DNA of 63,943 bases, the filler included, from Globobulimina sp. (lineage: Eukaryota): NCBI GenBank assembly GCA_003354225.1. It is 43 parts of 43 records of this genome, joined end to end, with 100 filler letters (N's around TTAATTAATTAA, not from the genome) between each part and the next. Parts side by side here need not be neighbours in the genome. Positions count along the whole stretch, not along the records: positions 1 to 1,391 come from PIVH01017440.1; positions 1,492 to 2,882 come from PIVH01017441.1; positions 2,983 to 4,373 come from PIVH01017442.1; positions 4,474 to 5,864 come from PIVH01017443.1; positions 5,965 to 7,355 come from PIVH01017444.1; positions 7,456 to 8,845 come from PIVH01017445.1; positions 8,946 to 10,335 come from PIVH01017446.1; positions 10,436 to 11,825 come from PIVH01017447.1; 35 more parts are not named here. One strand, given 5' to 3'. Both the position numbers and the translations under genes were made by a program. The notes under the pieces were generated by a model, which worked only from the letters and a program-made list of their open reading frames with translations, had not been told where the DNA came from and did not search any database. Shown here one piece after another: positions 1 to 12,009 of the stretch (the stretch's first letter is position 1; each line of letters begins with the position of its first letter).

Positions 1-865
1 TTGATTTGAAAAAATACAAATTTACGAAATATTCTGTACTGTCTGTCACTTAAATCAAACAATCGGTTTGTTAAATATCCACTGCGCATTTCTAAATCTT
101 TTAATTTTTGTGTTGCTCTCCAATCCCATTTGTCAAAGTAATCTCTGTCAACAAAATGTTCAACTTCTTTAATAAAGTATGTAATAGCTGGTGGATGGAG
201 GACCATAATCAAAGCAATACAAAATATCAATTCAATTAAACTAAAACCAACATCATTTTCTTTTTTTGATATTTTGGAAGACATGCTACTAGAGCTCGAA
301 CCTAAAAAAGTTTTTCAAATTAAATGATGATACATTTACAACATATGGTGAAGGATGAAAAATGCTTTGTTTATATTGAATATTACGTTATATACATTAC
401 AGTACAGTACATTATGTATTTGATGGTCAAGTGAATATATTTGGTGGTCGTATGTAAACAGTAAACATTTTTTTGGAAAGCGGAGGGAAAAAGATGTGAA
501 GTGCTTAAATTAATTGCTTACCAATAAGATGTGCCATCTTATGTACCTATAATTCATGATTAATTGATTTGGTATTTATTAAACAGTTTATTAATAATAC
601 TTACACATAATAATTAATTTTACATGTCATCAATGCACATTTTAGAGCGTTGTTGTTTGTATTTTTTTGGACGAGGGCGGAGGTATTTTGATATTCATTT
701 TGATCCTTTTTGTTTTGCTAATTCTTGATTTTTTGCCACTATTTCGCCATAAATGGTATGTGCCCATGCTACAGTTTCTTCCAATGTAGCATTAAGACCA
801 AAATACCCTACAACCAAAGATCTATATATATTTTTTCACATTGTTGAGTGAAACCATTGTCTAAT

Positions 866-1060
866 TTATACAAATAAATACCTGATTGCAGCAAATGATG
901 TGTCGAGTGTTTTTTCTAATGTGTCAACGTTGCTCATCTCCATCCATTCTTCAACTAAGTAATCAAATACCTCTTGGGAGATCTTATATTTTTTCTGTTT
1001 TGCTAATGCGGTTTGCAAAAATGATTCAATTAATTCTGCTTCTGTTTGTTTTACGGCCAT
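866..1060 (-). CDS. Hypothetical protein, probably first exon of a multi-exon gene
   Basis: ATG ORF with a GTATTT donor-like site near 882 and a further open segment downstream; no family recognised. Confidence 0.3.
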   Translation of the reverse strand: MAVKQTEAELIESFLQTALAKQKKYKISQEVFDYLVEEWMEMSNVDTLEKTLDTSFAAIRYLFV

Positions 1061-1391
1061 TTGAATAAATATGTGAATACTTTTTGATTATTTGTGAAAC
1101 AAAAATTTTGAAGCACTGACAAGCAACAAAATGGCCAAAAACCAATGCATTGCAATATTTGAATGTCAATAACACATTGGAAAAGGAGTTCGCATTTTCT
1201 CCTCATCATTTGTTACGCAAATCTAAGATCTATGATTTATCGCTCCTTTTCTTTGTCATCATCTTTCAATCTTAATATTGTATTCCATCCATATCCTTTT
1301 GCTTGCAAATAATCGATATTCAGCATTATTAAAGTTACACAAAACACGACACAACACACTCCCATAACACTCACACAACAAATCCATTTAT

Positions 1392-1491
1392 NNNNNNNNN
1401 NNNNNNNNNNNNNNNNNNNNNNNNNNNNNNNNNNNTTAATTAATTAANNNNNNNNNNNNNNNNNNNNNNNNNNNNNNNNNNNNNNNNNNNN
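1392..1491. other. Artificial contig spacer (44N-TTAATTAATTAA-44N); first of 42 identical spacers, about every 1.49 kb
   Basis: Identical 100-bp block with a six-frame stop linker; contig lengths fall steadily from 1391 to 1388 bp. Confidence 0.99.
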
Positions 1492-1559
1492 TCGCGCGTG
1501 TATATATATTTTTTCGTTGTGTTTTTGCGTTTTTGCAATAATAAGAGTACTGTTTTGAG

Positions 1560-1835
1560 CCTACACCTGCTCCATCCTGGCCGCCCGTCCCGGCATTCCC
1601 TGCGGACGCATATTGCGAAGGTAAAGATTTCGAGATGGTCTTATTCGTTGATAGTTCCTATTCAATTAAATCCGATTTTCTGGAAGAGTTCCAGATTGTT
1701 AAAAATTGGACTTCTAGTACTATCGAGTTCGCCTACCAGTTGCTGCAGAATATGAGTATGGAGGTGACCAATAATACGAACCCGAATTACTATAAACTTC
1801 GTGTCGCCGTGATTGCATTTGATACGATTTTGTAA
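1560..1835 (+). CDS. von Willebrand A domain N-terminal fragment
   Basis: PTPAP linker, MIDAS-like 'MVLFVDSSYSI' (DxSxS) and 'RVAVIAF' strand; truncated at 1835. Confidence 0.6.
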   Translation, partial: PTPAPSWPPVPAFPADAYCEGKDFEMVLFVDSSYSIKSDFLEEFQIVKNWTSSTIEFAYQLLQNMSMEVTNNTNPNYYKLRVAVIAFDTIL

Positions 1836-2882
1836 TATCAAATGTAGTTTGTGATATTAACTGTGGATCAGATCCATTCTCATACAAAACCCGATTACCA
1901 TTCGCATCATTCCTATCATTATTTGGCGACGGTGTGTTGCTGTAATACATATATTTATTTTGTTTTGCATTTAAATATTCCTCCCGCTCAACTTTACACA
2001 TTTCGCAAACACGAACATATTCTTTCTTTTTCTCAAAATATAATTTCCAAATATCAATCAACTTATATTTTGTACATTTATCACAACATAATTTGCCACA
2101 AAAATAGCAATGATGTCTCCTCGTAAACACTGAGAACTTCGCCTTGCAATCCATGCAAATATCACTATAATCATCAGGCACAAACACCGGTATTGGCAAA
2201 TACAAATCATCCCTGTGCTCATTCTTGTTGTTATCCTGCGGTGTTCTCGGAATACTTTTTGTTGCCGACCTTCTCCTCGCATTCAAATTTTGCAACACCA
2301 AAATATTATTTTGTTCGTTGATCATCTCAAACCATTTTAACTTTGCATCGTATGAATGAAAAGATATCCACATCGCATGATGGCGAGCTGTTAGTTTAAG
2401 ACAAGAGATCTTTTGATAATTATAGTCGTCATTAAATGGCACATCTTCGATCGCAAACAATGGGTCAAACACTAATATGCTGCCAAAGCGCAACTTGCCT
2501 TTCTTTTGTGGTGTTTTATTTGTTTTATTTGTTTTATTTGTTTTATCATTGTTGGCCACAGCTCTGTTATTTGCATAATATCCATATATTAAACAATCAT
2601 TGAATAGAAACATTGTAATTGCAATTTGATTGCCAAATTTATCATGCCGCACGATGTAATTTTCATTGCTTGGATTCTCGGACGATTCGGCAATGAAAAT
2701 ACGAGCAGGAATTACAAAATGACCAATGGCATCTACTAAGTCAACAAATCGCTTCTCGACCATTGCTACTTTAATCCTGCGATCGTGCTCTTTCATTTTA
2801 TCATTTATTAATTCAGTCACTTCGGTGATTTGTTCCGAGGCTTCTTGTAAGTCATATAAGTCGACGTGATACTGAACAGTGC
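1720..2882 (-). CDS. DH(RhoGEF)-PH-FYVE protein (FGD/frabin-like), 5' partial
   Basis: DH tail HVDLYDLQEASEQITEVTELIN; PH 'MFLFNDCLIYG...KLKWFEMI'; FYVE 'CMDCKAKFSVFTRRHHCYFCGKLCCDKC...VRVCEMC'. Confidence 0.88.
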
Positions 2883-3028
2883 NNNNNNNNNNNNNNNNNN
2901 NNNNNNNNNNNNNNNNNNNNNNNNNNTTAATTAATTAANNNNNNNNNNNNNNNNNNNNNNNNNNNNNNNNNNNNNNNNNNNNTTTAAACTCAACAAAAAC
3001 AATTTAGCTTGGGAGTCATTTGTAAAAC

Positions 3029-4115
3029 ATGTCGTATGTCGGTCTGCAAAACCAAGGCGCTACGTGCTATCTGAGTGCATTACTGCAATCATTATTTTTT
3101 ACACCCGAATTTAGAGAAGAATTGTACTCTTTGACCCCAAATGATATTTACGATAAAAATGGACACGTTTTAAAACATAGAAACATTCCCTTTGAGCTTA
3201 TCAAATTATTTGCAAATCTACAAAAATCTGAAAAAACAATATCCACAAAACGCTTAACAAACTCATTTGGTTGGAATGGACACGAAGCATTGCAGCAACA
3301 CGACATTAATGATTTGTACAATATATTATTAGATGGATTAAATAAGGCAATGCCAGCAAACAAAAATTTTTTAGATAAACATTATCGAGGAAAGATTGGC
3401 AGAGTTACACATTGCACGGAATGTGAAAATCAATCTATTAATTTCGAACATTTTATACAGATTAATGTTGCGGTTATTTCAAATAAACAGTTACTATTTA
3501 ATAATTTACAGGAATCATTGTATTCAAATTTCATGGATTGCCAAGAAATATTATGTGATGATAATATGTATCATTGCAACGAATGTAATGCAAAGGTAAA
3601 AGCAACCACATATTCGCGGTTGGTAAAATTACCGACAATTTTAATATTGAATTTAAATCGCTATTGCTATCAATATGGGAACAGAACCAAATTAAATGCT
3701 GAATTTATATGTCCCAAAACCATTGATTTATCTGTGTTAATGCATCATGAATATAATAAAATGGATAAAAATATAATTAATGAATATGAATTATTTTGTA
3801 TTATTGTACACTGTGGAATAGATTCAGGTTGCGGCCATTATCAGTCTTTTATTCGTAATATGATAAATAATAAAAAGCAAAATGAATCAGCCAATTGGCT
3901 CAAATTTGATGATAATAAGGCAAGAAAAGCATCAGATACGGAAATAGAGAAATTATTCACCAATAAAACACATCAAACACCTTGTATGTTCTCTTAAAAT
4001 TTGATATAATTATTACAATGGAATGTACACAGATATGGTCATGTATCGCCGGAAATTTATGTCTCCTTTAAATCCATCAATACCAAAATTCATTCAAAAT
4101 GAAATATCAAAGTGA
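3029..4115 (+). CDS. Ubiquitin-specific protease (peptidase C19), 2 exons, intron 3984-4032
   Basis: Cys box GLQNQGATCYL, QQHD, His box HCG...GHY, WLKFDD; splicing restores the terminal TPYMVMYRRK motif. Confidence 0.93.
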
Positions 4116-4284
4116 TTTGTTAATGTTGTTTAATATTTAAACTTGTTACTCTACATATTTAATCTTCTTACTCTACTTACTCAAATCAATATCTTTCCAC
4201 CATGTCAACATCGTAGTTTCCTTACAATGTGACAATACCAATGAACCCGTACAATGCGCAACCACAGCCAATACCAACACAAAC

Positions 4285-4373
4285 TGAACCATCAAACGCG
4301 CCACAGCCAATACAACAATGAACCATCAAACGCGCCACAGCCAATACAACAATGAACCATCAAACGCGCCACA
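4285..4373 (+). repeat. 34-bp tandem repeat (TGAACCATCAAACGCGCCACAGCCAATACAACAA), about 2.6 copies, cut by the contig end
   Basis: Directly visible exact copies plus one degenerate upstream copy. Confidence 0.85.
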
Positions 4374-4473
4374 NNNNNNNNNNNNNNNNNNNNNNNNNNN
4401 NNNNNNNNNNNNNNNNNTTAATTAATTAANNNNNNNNNNNNNNNNNNNNNNNNNNNNNNNNNNNNNNNNNNNN

Positions 4474-5157
4474 AGCTGGAGTTCATTGCAGAATTTAACT
4501 GTTTTATTTCCAAATGTTACTAAAATCGTTTATGATGATCAAAGTTTTGAAAAAATGAATTTGGCACAGTCTTTGGAGAAAATAATTCGTTTTTTGACGA
4601 ATGAATACAATTCATTCACATCCAAATTAGCTGTGATAACATTGGCAAATGCAAAATATAAACATTGTGATTATTCCGAGGAAATAGCATCTGTAATAAA
4701 ACAATTTGAAGCAGAATTGAATGAAATTCAATTTACGATTGTTAAACCAAGCGATTATGATTCAAGATGTTCTGTGGAAATTGCTCGCGTTTCAGCAAAA
4801 TGTCAAACGGATACAATTGGAATTCAACAAATATTGGCGATTTATGATAAAAAATTTGAATCAATGTTTACTGAAATGAAAGAATTAAAACATCAAATTA
4901 AGAGAATGCAACAATTCAATGATTATCAAGGACAAATATCGACAAAGGACGAAGTATATGAATGGCTTGTTGGGAAAGTGAAAATGGGACAATATTATCA
5001 GAATTTTATGCAAAATGGGTTCGATAAAATTGATTATATCACACAAATGACTGAGAAAGATTTAGAGAAAATTGGTGTAGTTAAATTGGGACATTGTATT
5101 TGGATAAAAAAATGTATCACTGATTTACAAGCACAGACTCACCAAAAAACTGTTTGA
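4474..5157 (+). CDS. Coiled-coil plus C-terminal SAM domain protein, 5' partial
   Basis: 'VYEWL...MGQYYQNFMQNGFD...MTEKDLEKIGVVKLGH' SAM signature. Confidence 0.8.
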   Translation, partial: SWSSLQNLTVLFPNVTKIVYDDQSFEKMNLAQSLEKIIRFLTNEYNSFTSKLAVITLANAKYKHCDYSEEIASVIKQFEAELNEIQFTIVKPSDYDSRCSVEIARVSAKCQTDTIGIQQILAIYDKKFESMFTEMKELKHQIKRMQQFNDYQGQISTKDEVYEWLVGKVKMGQYYQNFMQNGFDKIDYITQMTEKDLEKIGVVKLGHCIWIKKCITDLQAQTHQKTV

Positions 5158-5238
5158 AATGTATATTAAATTAATTAATACTGTATATCAGTCACAGCAC
5201 ATCACAATATCTGCTTCGTTATGCACAACCATTTACAA

Positions 5239-5864
5239 CTAGCCCGTTGCACTCTGAAATTTTACCAAATAAACCGGAATTGCCATAAAATCTCTCCAAC
5301 TGACAAATATTGACGGATTCTCTTTATCATTTACCAACGAATCATATTCTGTCCCATCTGTTTTTTTTGCAATTTGTTTCATATTTTCATTTCCTTTCAT
5401 ATATTCACCGACAATAACTCTACACAACAAAATGAAATATGTATCCGGATTATTTTTATCCTTTCCGCAATATCCATATCTAACTGAATAACTTGCAGTT
5501 GTTGAGAAATATGTGCCTTTGCCATACTTACCGACTTTATTATAGCTTCTATCAAATCCGTTGGTTATTATCAATTTTAATGTATCACTACTTCCGGATC
5601 CAGTACCATGCCATAAATACTTCTCAATATCACATTTTTGTTGAAAGTTCTTGCATTTTGTTTTTAACAGTGATTCATACACATTCACACTATCTTTATT
5701 TGCAATATTTTTCACTTCAATGATTTTATATTTCTCTGCTGATATTGTCGCAAAAAATAACGCTCTCACTTGCATTTTATCCATGCGCCCCTTCATAAAT
5801 TCAGCACATTCAATTTCATTATCCAAGTGTATCCAACATAACTGCAGCCCATTTTTAAGTATCG
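5239..5864 (-). CDS. PARP-family catalytic domain (mono-ART, PARP14/15/TIPARP-like), 5' partial
   Basis: YLWHGT, GFDRS, YGKGTYFS..ASYS, LLCRVIVG, YDSLVN...PSIFV (no catalytic Glu), PVYLVKF. Confidence 0.9.
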
Positions 5865-5964
5865 NNNNNNNNNNNNNNNNNNNNNNNNNNNNNNNNNNNN
5901 NNNNNNNNTTAATTAATTAANNNNNNNNNNNNNNNNNNNNNNNNNNNNNNNNNNNNNNNNNNNN

Positions 5965-6093
5965 AGTAATACCGATCCCTTCAAAAACACCTGCTATTAT
6001 TATCACAAAAGTCAATATATAGACCTTTTTGCCTGTATATTTTTTAAATACAAAATAATAACGTATAAAATTATTAATAAAAGGAATTCTCAT
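5965..6093 (-). CDS. Bacterial ABC transporter permease/ATPase, N-terminus (3' partial)
   Basis: MRIPFINNFIRYYFVFKKYTGKKVYILTFVIIIAGVFEGIGIT begins 18 bp after the ligase stop, operon-like spacing. Confidence 0.55.
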
Positions 6094-6111
6094 GCGGAAT
6101 ACAAAATTTAA

Positions 6112-7355
6112 TTATTTTGTTTTACTTATTGTGTTACACGCATTATTTACACTTAATTCGAGAAAGGCGAATATCAGTCCAAAATACCAATAATTCCTGA
6201 ACTTGACAGTAAACATGACGCTAAGAGAAATACTGAAAACCATGAAAAAAACAGCCCACGCCTGATTTAATTGTACCTTAGTCAATTCATTTTTTTTAAC
6301 ACTGAATAGAAGCGCAAACATTCTCCACCCCTTCCACCAGATATAACATACAAAAATCAATCCTAAAATTCCGAATTCCAGTATTGTCCTGAACCATAAA
6401 TTATGTATTGTGTAACCTGCCTCTATGCCTAATGTGATTATAGCTTTTTTTGATACAATCAATTTATTAATCCATATTGAATCATAACCGAAAAAATATC
6501 CTACAGATTCGCAGAAATTCCATGGAATTATTGAAGACCCCATGTAATAAGTAAACATTCCGGCTCCAGTACCAAAAGGGAATGTATAAATAAATATATC
6601 TATTCCATGGGCCCATCTTATTATTCGTCTTTTAAGGTGTAATGTTGCTGATATTAGATGATTTAAAGCAGCGCTTGAAACATCTTCACGTACAATAGTA
6701 ACATAGTTTACAATACCAATTAAAATTAATACAAATGCAATCAACATTATCATTGAAAAGTATAGTTGCAATACTTTTGTATAGGACTTCGAATCTTCTG
6801 ATCTACTCGTAGTTATTAATACATATAAAAGAGTCCCCAAAATTAATGATACCGATGCTTGGCGGTTCATAGTGGACAAGACCAAAAGAAATCCGAGGAG
6901 TGCAAATAGTAAATATTTTCTATTTTGATTTTCTTGAAAAAAATATAAACTCATGAAGAAAAGCATTATTCCCAATCTACCAACAGTATGATACTGGCCA
7001 ACCAACGAACTTTGAAACATCGTTCCACGAAATAGAGGGGAATTGCCAAAGACAGATATACCCTTTCCTATCCCCATATAAAATATCACTAATGATTCAA
7101 GACCAACCACAACTGAGCAATACATTATAATTTTAAAAAAAGTTTCAAATTCCTTGCATTGCCAGTTTCTATTTTTTACTACATAATAAAATGCAAAAGC
7201 GTTAAGGTAAGGAATCATCCATGTTGCTTGGATCCCAATTTTTATATCTTTTTTTACTTCTCTAATACCAATACCAGATGTTATTATCTCAATAAGTTCA
7301 ATTACCACAAAACCTAATATAATAATCCAGAATGGACGCATATTAACCTGATTTC
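6112..7355 (-). CDS. O-antigen ligase/Wzy-like membrane protein (bacterial), 5' partial
   Basis: Many TM helices, 'PFGTGAG' and 'HNLWFRTILEFGILG' Wzy_C motif, no introns. Confidence 0.8.
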
Positions 7356-7455
7356 NNNNNNNNNNNNNNNNNNNNNNNNNNNNNNNNNNNNNNNNNNNNT
7401 TAATTAATTAANNNNNNNNNNNNNNNNNNNNNNNNNNNNNNNNNNNNNNNNNNNN

Positions 7456-8075
7456 AGATATCACATTTATTCAGCAATATGGGACGCAGATTACTGAGTG
7501 CTGAGATAGTTGGGAATGTCAATAAAAACGGCTTATGGATAAATACTGCGCATTTAGAAAGTTTATTGAATAAAGATGTGCGAATCCATCAATTGAAAGC
7601 TATCTTTACTGACTATACAATGCAGCAAATTGATTCCATGTTTATGGGTGATTTTAATTTTGGGGATTATACTGTAGAAAATGATTACATTTCAAAGGAA
7701 TATGTTGATTGCTGGAAGAGGTTCACGGAGAGTAAAATGAAAGGAGTTGGCAATGGGAGTAATTTGGAAGATGATGGATTGGATTCATATCGGAAAATGG
7801 CTCAAATGGGTGTACCTAAACCAGCCATTATTCACAAAATGAGAAAAGGTGGAGTTAGTAATGAGATTATAAAGGAATATGAAAGAAGCGGCAGTTTGCC
7901 AGAAGGTGGCTTATACACAAAATTAAAAAATGAAAGAGGTTCTACGTGTGGTTCGCAACGATATGATCGAATGTTGTTGAAAAGTAAAATATGGAAAGTG
8001 AAGAATTTTGAAATTATTGGAAAACCAAATATGCCTTCAGATCATCTTGGTGTTGTTACCAAACTTTTCAAATGA
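7456..8075 (+). CDS. TDP2-like endonuclease/exonuclease/phosphatase, 5' partial, with an internal insertion
   Basis: MGRRLL, TAHLES, MGDFN, RYDRM, PSDHLGV motifs. Confidence 0.8.
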
Positions 8076-8156
8076 TTACAGATTTTATGTCGATCATTCA
8101 CTGAAAGCAAAACTTTTAACCTTGTTGATAATGGCAGTTCTCGTGTTGTATACAAA

Positions 8157-8845
8157 ATGAATGAAATGGACACTAACAAGAATAACAGCAATAAGAGTGA
8201 TGCTGATAAGGAACACTCTGAAGATCCAAATAGTTTTCGAGCGAAATGCAATAAAATAATATTATTGGTGTACGGATATACTCGAGAAATTAAATCAACA
8301 TTAAATATTCGCTATATACCCGTGGATATAATAGATATAATAATTCGATATTACCCAACAGAATACAGCATATTATCGATAGGACGTAATTTATTCGGTG
8401 AATTTGGCCTAAACGAAGAAACAGAAAATAACAACAAATACGTGACATTAATCAAGCTTTCATCGCTATGTTACAACCATCAGGAGATATATTGCGGTTT
8501 TTTCACCTTTACTGTGCGTACCGAAAACAATGAATTTTATGGTTGCGGCAATAATTGCGACGGTCAGTTGGGTGTAAATCTACGCGAATATAATATCAAC
8601 CAATTTGCAAAGATACCGAGTGACTCATATTTGCACGATTCACCCATCAAATTATTCAGTGATGGACCATTTAGTTGGCATCGAATATTTGTCACTGAAA
8701 ATAACAAATTCTATGGTTTCGGCAGAAATAAAAACAGCACCTTAGGTGCGGCTGAATATGCAGAGAAAAACTATAAACCCATACAGCTCCATAACGTCAC
8801 ACAATTATTCACAACTGCTTTGCAATACGAAATCAGAGCCATTCA
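8157..8845 (+). CDS. RCC1-repeat protein with N-terminal 'GYxR..IP..I' motif, 3' partial
   Basis: SIGRNLFGEFG, GCGNNCDGQLG, GFGRNKNSTLG repeats. Confidence 0.8.
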
Positions 8846-9262
8846 NNNNNNNNNNNNNNNNNNNNNNNNNNNNNNNNNNNNNNNNNNNNTTAATTAATTA
8901 ANNNNNNNNNNNNNNNNNNNNNNNNNNNNNNNNNNNNNNNNNNNNTACATTCATCAGTACATGCAACATGATAAAATTTATCAATGAAAGCTGAGAATTC
9001 CTTATTATCCTCATGAGCTGCGAATTCCCGATTCCCATACATTTTTAAATTGAGTTTTGAAGTTACTTAAAAATGTTTTATAAACATCTTGCACTTTGAC
9101 AATCAAAAACAAATTTTGTAGAAGCAGCTGTATATTTCATAATTATAGTTGAGGTTATAAATAGTATAATTAATTTTCACAGTCTAAAAATATTAAATAC
9201 TAATCTCATTATATCCATTTATTCGTAAATTCATACTCTTGCATTTATTCGTGATTTACATT

Positions 9263-10335
9263 ATGGCTCTTGCTTTAGATCCTACAGAAATAAAAGAAGG
9301 CAGAGTTGTTGGATATGACAGCATCAATTCAGGACTCAACACAATCACGTTAGCTGTGTTCAAAGAACTAAATGCATCTCAGTTAAGTTGCAAATTATTA
9401 TTTGTTCCCTTTGAATTATAAAAAAAACTATGACAGAGTACAAGTGGTTGATATTGATAATTGGGTTGGATTATATGGTAATAATTCAAAATCATTCGAC
9501 AAATCATGGAACACATTACGAATGATTGCTCCTGTTAAAAACAAATATGCTTTAGTTGGATTTACTACCACTATTGATGAGGCATTCAGCAAAGTTAATG
9601 TATATTATGCTTTATATCCTGGTTGTACGGTATATTATCCAGCGTATTATATCAAGCATGATATCAATTCTATAATGATGAAATTTACTGAAAATAATGG
9701 AAAATTTACAAATCACAAATTACCGTTGGAAAGAGTTATTACTGGATTCAAAGTCCCAACAGTAATTAAATCCATACGTTTCGTTGACACAATTCCTTTC
9801 AAACTTCAAAAAGATGATTTGATGGCAAAAGATGATTTGATGGCAAAAGATGATTTGATGGCAAAAGATGATTTGATGGCTGAATCAACCAACGTCAACT
9901 TCAATTCAAACAGTCATGGGGAAGCAAATGATTTTAAAAAAATACAAAAACCAAGAATTGTCAACCCATATCTTAGAGATGTTGACAATCCGACATACAC
10001 CAAAAGAGTTGCAGCAATATGGACTGCCCGTGATGTTGTTGATGATTTGCAAGAAGAAAAACAGGAACATTCAAGATTACCTTTGGAATATCCTGATGGT
10101 TCACATATCATTAGTGATTACAGTGGTCCAGATTGGCCTTACAAAGCAATTTTGATTGAATTTCCCTCTGAATGGTTAAAAACAATTTTTGATGTAGGAC
10201 GTGATGATACTGATAATTTGTACTTTGGTTGGAAAGGTGATGAAACAGAATCTGCAAAAAGATTAGTGGTTGCAATTCAAAAACATAAAAAATTTGAAAG
10301 TATTTTTCCACATATTGTTTTGAATATTAAGTATG
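9263..10335 (+). CDS. Hypothetical protein, probable intron about 9382-9436, 3' partial
   Basis: Two ORFs joinable by a GT..AG intron; no family recognised. Confidence 0.5.
9810..9881 (+). repeat. Coding 18-bp tandem repeat x4 (KDDLMA)
   Basis: AAAGATGATTTGATGGCA repeated four times. Confidence 0.95.
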
Positions 10336-10435
10336 NNNNNNNNNNNNNNNNNNNNNNNNNNNNNNNNNNNNNNNNNNNNTTAATTAATTAANNNNNNNNN
10401 NNNNNNNNNNNNNNNNNNNNNNNNNNNNNNNNNNN

Positions 10436-11649
10436 CGATTATTATATAAATACAAATCATCTGTTTCACTCCACACAGCTCCGGCATTGCCATTATTAGT
10501 CACAACCTCTACATCATTGCCTTTATCATTCTCAATGATTTTAATATCTCCATCAGTATCATGAGTACCATCTAATTGTTGACAAACACATGTTTTGCAT
10601 TTAAAATAGTTCTGCATAATTTGCGTATAATCATCATCATATATTTTATTTGTGGCTAGAATGTGACTGATTGGTCGCAATACAAATACCATTCTTGCTG
10701 CAATGTTAAAACTCCACAACAATGACAAGAATAACATGTTTAAGTGGGATATACTGCATCTCCTCGCATTAACAGCATCAGCTACATCTTCAATGTATTC
10801 AATTAATTGGAATATGCCACATAGTAACTTATCTTTTGTTGTCTGACATGACAGTTCGAACTGTTTCACTTTATTATCATAGGCAAAGGTGGTAATAAAC
10901 CATAACATCAATTCCCTTAATTGTTTGAAACTTATTTGAGTATAAATGCCATTAAATGTATCATTGGCAGGGTGCAATTCCAATGGTACTATGCTCATAA
11001 TACGAGCTATTAACTCACAGTCCGTGCATAATAATGTCCGAAATCTTGCTCTGTAAACCAATAACGACAAATGAGCCTAGTTTTGCATACGTTTAATAAT
11101 ACAAACAAAATAATTAAATATATACTACGTTAGCAACTAAACTCTCGTACATTGGATGCCTTGATCTCTTTGCCATTTCTGATATTTTTTTACCGCCTTT
11201 TTTTTCTTTTTATTTCCTTTGTTTTGAAGTTTAGCATTTTGTAAATTAAACATTGAAGTCTCATCAATATCAATCTGAACAGAAACACCTTTAAACTCCT
11301 CATTGTTTTTATTATTCGAATTGGTGTCACAGTCACTCGAATCCATTAAATCTGTTTTGCTCTCATTGATACTTTGCATCATATTCCAGTATGGATCATT
11401 TTGTAATGAATTATTTGAATTATTTAAATCTGTTTTATTAAATAAATCAATCTCAAATTCATCATCATCTTCTTCTTGTTTTTTTAAGTCATCGTTTTGA
11501 TTCATATTATTATCTGATTCATCATCGTCATCTGATGAAAATCCAAATGCTCCATTATTATTATTATTATTATCCTCAATTAATGTCGATGGAATAATAG
11601 CAATTTTCCTTTTTTTTGATGGACTTTGCTGCACATTGTTCTCATTCAA
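10436..11649 (-). CDS. Hypothetical multi-exon protein with acidic/Asn-rich N-terminus and NLS-like PSKKRK
   Basis: Two long same-strand ORFs separated by about 65 nt of AT-rich intron-like sequence. Confidence 0.5.
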
Positions 11650-12009
11650 CTCACTTCGTAATCGTTTCTTATTTGCTTTTAAACGATTTTGTCCTTTTGC
11701 AAGTAACGTGGAAACAGCTAGATTTGATTTAGTATTTAGTGATTCGGTGATTGTGTCTTTTATTTATTGCGAAATGACCTACAATAAGGTTTTCCTAATC
11801 AAAAATCAATGATTTTCAAAGGAACNNNNNNNNNNNNNNNNNNNNNNNNNNNNNNNNNNNNNNNNNNNNTTAATTAATTAANNNNNNNNNNNNNNNNNNN
11901 NNNNNNNNNNNNNNNNNNNNNNNNNCTCTTGGATTGAATATAAAAAAGAAAAAGCACTGCAATCTGAAAGAAAAAAGTTGCAACAAAACACCCGCAAATT
12001 AGTAAAATG

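Noticed and set aside
4240-4373. 34-bp repeats as a CRISPR array
   Set aside because: Head-to-tail copies with no unique spacers
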